Assembly (NCBI GenBank): GCA_964350165.1
Contig: CAYGJA010000001.1
Location: 86,823-150,822, forward strand
Reading direction: 5' to 3'
Length of the DNA: 64,000 nt
Origin: an uncultured Candidatus Saccharibacteria bacterium
GTDB lineage: Bacteria; Patescibacteriota; Minisyncoccia; Phycocordibacterales; UBA1006
Shown: piece after piece, positions 59,087-64,000 of the stretch
Position numbering within the stretch: position 1 is the stretch's first letter
Layout: every line of letters begins with the position of its first letter
Translations under genes and position numbers: made by a program
The notes under the pieces: model-generated
Seen by the model: the letters and a program-made list of their open reading frames with translations, nothing else
The model's database searches: none
Told to the model about the DNA's origin: nothing

Positions 59087-60223
59087 TTAATCAATAAATA
59101 AGTCTACGTACTCTTTGAGGTAAAAGATGCGATCTTTTTTCATACCGGTTTTCTCTTTGAGAATATTCAGATCGACCAGTTCTCGTACTAATTTGGAAGC
59201 CGTAGGGAAGCTCACCGACAGCATGCTCTCGACTTCGCGAATAGTAAACATGGGGCGAGAAAATGCTTGCCGCAGGAGCTCCTTGGCGTTGATTTGCTTT
59301 TGTGGGGTCATACTAGAGGTGATAAGAGACTCATAGCGGGCTCGCAAATCTATGATTCGCTCGAGAGTTTCGCGTGCATTTTTTGCGGTTTGTGCAATCC
59401 CATTTAGAAAGAACTTGAGCCAGTGCTCGATGTCGTTGGATTCGCGGACACGCGAGAGTGCGTCATAGTATTGTGGACGATGCTTTTCAAAGTAGTCTGA
59501 TATGTAGAGCGTAGGTTTTTGTAGGATACCAAGGCTGATCAGGTGCAAAACAATAAGCAGTCGCCCGATACGTCCGTTACCGTCTAGGAATGGGTGGATG
59601 GTCTCAAATTGGTAGTGGCTTATACCAATGCGGACAAGATCAGGAATGCCGAGGTCGTTGTTGTGCCAAAACCTTTCTAAATCTGACAAATAATCAGACA
59701 CACCCATGTGGTGTGGAGGAATAAAAACAGCATCCGCCAGCGAAGATCCTCCAATCCAGTTTTGGCTTGTGCGAATCTCGCCCGGGTGCTTGCTAAAGCC
59801 CCGAACCCCTGAAAGCAGGTGCTTGTGTGCCCCCTTGAGAAGACGAACCGAAAGCGGCAAGCGATCGAGTTCTTGTGTGGCAAAATTAATAGCCTTTACG
59901 TAGTTCTGCACCTCTTCCCAATCGTCTCGTTTTTCGGGATCAATTTCGATTTCAGGAAGCAAGGCTTCGTCGAACTTGGTTTGCGTTCCTTCGATCATGC
60001 TTGAGGTGGTGGCCTCTTTAGCGATATGCATTTTAATAAAGAAATCTACGTCTGGAACCAGTTTAGAGTAGGCGTTGAGTTCACCAAGATAGCGCATTGC
60101 CGAAGCCAAAAGCAGGTCGATCTGGGGATCGTGCCAGACAAAACCTTGATTGACCAGCGATGGCTCAAAACTTTTGTATTGCTCTCGCTGAATATGCGTT
60201 CCTGCCTTAAATTTCTTAGACAT
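59087..60223 (-). CDS. Fic-domain protein
   Basis: HPFLDGNGRIGR; inhibitory SSMIEG motif; C-terminal wHTH. Confidence 0.95.
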   Translation of the reverse strand: MSKKFKAGTHIQREQYKSFEPSLVNQGFVWHDPQIDLLLASAMRYLGELNAYSKLVPDVDFFIKMHIAKEATTSSMIEGTQTKFDEALLPEIEIDPEKRDDWEEVQNYVKAINFATQELDRLPLSVRLLKGAHKHLLSGVRGFSKHPGEIRTSQNWIGGSSLADAVFIPPHHMGVSDYLSDLERFWHNNDLGIPDLVRIGISHYQFETIHPFLDGNGRIGRLLIVLHLISLGILQKPTLYISDYFEKHRPQYYDALSRVRESNDIEHWLKFFLNGIAQTAKNARETLERIIDLRARYESLITSSMTPQKQINAKELLRQAFSRPMFTIREVESMLSVSFPTASKLVRELVDLNILKEKTGMKKDRIFYLKEYVDLFID

Positions 60224-60389
60224 GACAAAATACTAGCACTTTAATATAAAAATTGCAAATTAAAGATTTACTGTAAAAAATTTAATTTGTATTAACTAAA
60301 TTAAACATTTATTTTCCCACAAAAACATCTTGACGGGCCCCAGTGCACACACCCGACCCAGAAAAGGCCAGATCTTGTATACTTTGACC

Positions 60390-60971
60390 ATGAACATAAA
60401 AATAATCTTTGCGGTTATTGCCGGAGGCTTGGCTATTGCTGGCAATGTCCCCTACATGCGCGACATGTTCCGGGGGCGCATTACGCCGCATCCATATACG
60501 TGGTTTATCTGGTCTATTGTGTCGGGGGTAACGCTAGCTGGCCAAATCACCAAAGGCGCCGGCTGGGCTACGATTGCTTTTGCTTCATCAGAAGTCTTTA
60601 CCGTTCTGATTTTCTTGTTTTCCCTTCGGTATGGATTCAAAAACATTCCCAAGCGCGACACGTATTATCTGGTCTTTGCGCTGTTGGGTATTATTCCCTG
60701 GCTGGTCACCAATGACCCGACGTGGTCAGTGGTTATTATGGTGGCTATTGATTTGGTGGCCTTTATTCCGACCCTCCGCAAGGCCTGGGAACAACCCAAA
60801 ACCGAGAATTATCTGCTGTATGGATCCAATGCCCTGCGGCACAGTTTTGCCTTGGTCGCCCTGTCTTCCTATAACGTCGCCACCATGTTGCACTCGATTG
60901 CTATGATTGCCACCAATACGACCATGACGGCCTTTATCCTGCGCAAGAAAAAGAAACCGAAAAAAGCTTGA
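60390..60971 (+). CDS. Hypothetical multi-TM protein (PQ-loop/SWEET-like internal repeat)
   Basis: PY..DM..G...P..W and IPTLRKAW..P..E repeats; about 7 TMs. Confidence 0.65.
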   Translation: MNIKIIFAVIAGGLAIAGNVPYMRDMFRGRITPHPYTWFIWSIVSGVTLAGQITKGAGWATIAFASSEVFTVLIFLFSLRYGFKNIPKRDTYYLVFALLGIIPWLVTNDPTWSVVIMVAIDLVAFIPTLRKAWEQPKTENYLLYGSNALRHSFALVALSSYNVATMLHSIAMIATNTTMTAFILRKKKKPKKA

Positions 60972-61140
60972 CAAAATATCTAAAAAGTGCTATTATATAA
61001 GTATTGGAGAAAGGGTCATTTGCCCGTCGCAACTTGGGCGCCACCCACTCCAAAAAAAGCGGGCACCAGGCCACCGCCACACAGGCCACGGCCCGCAACA
61101 AAAAAGCCCCTTTTGTCATTTCGACAGGGGCTTTTCTTTT
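60968..61140 (+). ncRNA. Candidate small structured RNA with its own promoter and terminator
   Basis: TTGACA-17-TATTAT; hairpins at 61004-61053 and 61059-61096; terminator 61101-61140. Confidence 0.4.
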
Positions 61141-61258
61141 GGGTGATTTTTGTAAACATCCGCCATTTCCCAGTCATCCACAACAAATGATAGTAGCGAC
61201 AAAAAAACAGCTTTTCACTTGTTACAATAGGCAACGTTATTAATTTTTTGTTTTTGTT

Positions 61259-61654
61259 ATGAAAAAAATACTTACTGGTTCACTTTTGGTCTTGGGATTT
61301 TTTGGTCTGATGCTCTCTATCACTAGCCCGGCAGCCGCCACTAATCCGAGTGTTTCGTCTATCACTGTTGGTAAAGGCGAATTTGTTGATGTTCAGGTTG
61401 AACTCGAAAACGTTGGGTCCTATGACGGAAGCTTGTTTTCAGTAGACCTCAGCTTCCCTGCAGATTTTCACCAAATATCTGGAGGAACTGTCGAAGGAGA
61501 AACCGGCTTGCTAGTTGATAGCGAATTGAGTCTGAATATCTCAGAAGAAGTCGGTGAAGACGTTCTGGTTTCGTATACTGTGTTTTACGAAGAAGAAGAG
61601 ATTGCTTCTGGTGAAATGCGGGCACCAATCAATACACCATTTCAACCATCATAA
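61259..61654 (+). CDS. Secreted acidic hypothetical protein (beta-rich)
   Basis: Signal peptide MKKILTGSLLVL...PAAA. Confidence 0.75.
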   Translation: MKKILTGSLLVLGFFGLMLSITSPAAATNPSVSSITVGKGEFVDVQVELENVGSYDGSLFSVDLSFPADFHQISGGTVEGETGLLVDSELSLNISEEVGEDVLVSYTVFYEEEEIASGEMRAPINTPFQPS

Positions 61655-61676
61655 GGTCTCTCTAGATAAGCTATTA

Positions 61677-61710
61677 ACACAAAAACCGCCCTCCAAGGCG
61701 GTTTTTGTGT
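61677..61710. terminator. Intrinsic terminator
   Basis: acacaaaaaccgcc-ctccaa-ggcggtttttgtgt. Confidence 0.85.
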
Positions 61711-61892
61711 AGTCGCTAGTTATCCCCGCGCGTTCTATAGCTATCAGTGTCTGTAGGGGTATACACGCCAAGTCTCTGAAATGGGCTTTTCTTTTGGGTG
61801 ATTTTTATTTTTATATACCGGTACAAATATTATTTTTTGCAAAAAAAACAGACTCCGGGATAAGGAGCCTGCTTGTCTTTTGTGGAGGGGGG

Positions 61893-64000
61893 CTACAGCC
61901 TCCCTTGGTCGATACTCCTGATTGCTTGGAGTATTTTTTGAACTCGGCCAATGTTAGCAGTGCTTCTGTTTATACCAACACCGGCCATGGATTTGAGCTC
62001 GCTTATGAGCTCATTTATTTCGACGACTTGCGGCCGCCAGACCGCAGCCTCAAACTGTCTTTCGACAGATTGCTGTCTGGAGGTGTGGGCTATTGAAAAA
62101 CCCAAATTCTGAGGCAACAACTCTATCGCGCTAATCAACTCAGGATAATCAGCGATCCTGGCACTAGCTGCGTCAGCGTCAGCGGGGACATACATCTCTA
62201 GATACTGAATATACTCAGCGTATATCCAGTCAAAATGGTACGCCGCTGGTCTCAAAAAGCTCCTGATGGCTACGTCAATCTGTCTCTCGAATCCAATCTC
62301 ATAAATCGGAAAAGACAGCACGTTGAGATACACCCGCAACAATTCCTGCCTGGCTGCCTCAACCTCTAGGGGGTTTTGGCCGTTTGTGGAAGCCTCAATC
62401 AGCCTCCAATACCTCGGACGGAGGACTGGGTCGGCAAGCACTCCGCTAGAGAATTCTCCAGCTTCTGCCTGAAAGAAAACTCCATGGAGAGCCTCGAGGA
62501 GCCTCAGAAAATTTTGACCGGCCTCAGCCGACAAATTCCTGGCTGGCTTCACATGCCAAGCCTCGCTGCCCGCCCCAAATCCCTCTTCCCGGAACAGGCC
62601 CAGATGGCGATACAGCCACCCTTCTGCTTCCTTATCGACAAGCACCGCGTTGAAATCGCGTTGCGTTTTATTTAGGATCTCCCCGAGACGCTCCCTAAAG
62701 GTGGCGATGTTTACCTCCTCCTGGAACTGGAGCGCTAGTTCCACAAAACCCAAGAATAGTTTGGGGTCATTTTCTATAACCTCTGCCATTGCCTGGGTGG
62801 GGGCCTCGTCTCTAAAAATTGATTCGAGAACATCTGCGTATAATTCGGTATGAACTAACCGCAGAGGCTCGGCTTTTTCTTGCCATATCTCAAAGATCCT
62901 ATTTCGAATCTCTGGACTCGATAGCTCCCACTCTGCTCGAGAGTTGGCACCTTGAGATTCGATAATCATTCTCACATCTTCCTCTCCGCGAACCCCCCTG
63001 ACAACGACCAGGGTTAAGGAATTCCCGTGATGGTCAACTCCCGTAAAAGCAACAGCCAAAGTGCTGTTTGTTTCTTCTGCCACTACGCCCCACTGTATAT
63101 CGGGGTACTGGTCTTGGGTCTGGAACGCAACGGAGCTGCGATACATATCTCCAAACCTCCCCCCCATCGTTCCGAGTGCTGGCCGGCTCCCATCGGGAGT
63201 CCAATCAAGAGAGAGAACTCCGCTTAGAATGTCCTCGAACCTATCCATCATCAGGTTCAGTTTCTCTAATCTTCCAACATCACGAAGAAGAGTAAAGATA
63301 TCTCCGGGTTCTGGTTCTGGCTCTGGCTCCCCAAAAGCACTGGTTTGACTCGCCCAGTGCTTTGCATCGGCGAACTTTTCTGCTCCGCCCATCAGGTCAA
63401 ACAAGTCCCCATAGGTGGAGACGTAATAACCCAAGACCAGCGCAATTGCCTGACCAAGCTCTTGGCTGACCTTGATTTGTTGCCAGGGCTGCGTATTTGT
63501 TCGCCCCGGAGAGAGTCTTTCGGCCAATCGCTCCGCCTGCTGTTTGGCCGAGCTCTTGGCTTTCTCTGCCATTTTCTTTATTTTTTCCCAAACCTTTTCG
63601 CCTTGTCCGGGCTCTTTGGGCTCTTTGGGCTCTTCTTTGGGGCCACCAGCTTGTTCTCCAAACTGACGCACCTCTTCGGCCACAAGATAACCCAAGAGTC
63701 CGCCAATGCCCCTTTCGAGATAAGCTTGAGCATCCTCGTCTGGCTGATCGGCCAGATCGTCACGAATCTGCTCCGAAAGCAAGGTTGTTGCCGTTGCAAA
63801 AGTCGCAGCAGTTAGGGCTTCGTAGCCCCTTCTGAGAGGGTCGCCCTTTATTGCTCCTGAATTTTTGACGGCTAAATAAGTCAACATGGCCGAGACGGCC
63901 CATACAGAGAATTCCTGCAGGGCCAATACAGAAGCCTGGGGACCAACAGGGATGGCCCCATACAGATAGTTGTCTCTGTTCTGTAGAGACAACTGTTTGT
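61893..64000 (-). CDS. Large hypothetical protein, C-terminal part (start outside window)
   Basis: At least 699 aa; frame open to the window end; EPK and EP repeat linkers. Confidence 0.75.
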   Translation of the reverse strand, partial: KQLSLQNRDNYLYGAIPVGPQASVLALQEFSVWAVSAMLTYLAVKNSGAIKGDPLRRGYEALTAATFATATTLLSEQIRDDLADQPDEDAQAYLERGIGGLLGYLVAEEVRQFGEQAGGPKEEPKEPKEPGQGEKVWEKIKKMAEKAKSSAKQQAERLAERLSPGRTNTQPWQQIKVSQELGQAIALVLGYYVSTYGDLFDLMGGAEKFADAKHWASQTSAFGEPEPEPEPGDIFTLLRDVGRLEKLNLMMDRFEDILSGVLSLDWTPDGSRPALGTMGGRFGDMYRSSVAFQTQDQYPDIQWGVVAEETNSTLAVAFTGVDHHGNSLTLVVVRGVRGEEDVRMIIESQGANSRAEWELSSPEIRNRIFEIWQEKAEPLRLVHTELYADVLESIFRDEAPTQAMAEVIENDPKLFLGFVELALQFQEEVNIATFRERLGEILNKTQRDFNAVLVDKEAEGWLYRHLGLFREEGFGAGSEAWHVKPARNLSAEAGQNFLRLLEALHGVFFQAEAGEFSSGVLADPVLRPRYWRLIEASTNGQNPLEVEAARQELLRVYLNVLSFPIYEIGFERQIDVAIRSFLRPAAYHFDWIYAEYIQYLEMYVPADADAASARIADYPELISAIELLPQNLGFSIAHTSRQQSVERQFEAAVWRPQVVEINELISELKSMAGVGINRSTANIGRVQKILQAIRSIDQGRL

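Noticed and set aside
60233-60259. CIRCE-like CTAGCACTT-N9-AATTGCAAA
   Set aside because: Several mismatches to CIRCE; fully explained as the minus-strand fic promoter

Overview
This 64 kb window is bacterial chromosome, most likely from a Patescibacteria/CPR (Parcubacteria-like) genome. That call rests on compact housekeeping operons, a GAD-less AspRS, an AlaRS lacking C-Ala, many apparently leaderless genes and no biosynthetic pathways; the genetic code is 11. Core content: atpD/atpC, rsmI, an S41 protease, rplI/rpmA, scpA-scpB-dac-mraY-ftsW-murG-gltX-engB, aspS/trpS/cysS/alaS, dnaB-recR, rplU, corA, grpE-dnaK-dnaJ and the infA-rpmJ-rpsM-rpsK-rpsD-rpoA-rplQ-rplM-rpsI cluster. An accessory/defence region at about 46.4-64 kb carries Fic, a type I R-M system with an extra gene between hsdS and hsdR, and Mrr. 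Most interesting: (1) an operon of leader peptide, DUF4105/Lnb-like protein, PlsC-like acyltransferase, acyl-ACP-reductase-like protein and 7TM histidine kinase, a candidate lipid/lipopeptide signalling system; (2) recurring leaderless-uORF attenuators; (3) an Asp T-box with an ultra-short Stem I and a terminator; (4) a dif-like site next to a DnaA box and an AT-rich tract; (5) a PaaX/Cas2-like regulator divergent from grpE-dnaK-dnaJ with a palindrome between the promoters. No rRNA, tRNA, CRISPR array, integrase or transposase was recognised. All family calls come from motif recognition by eye, not database searches.
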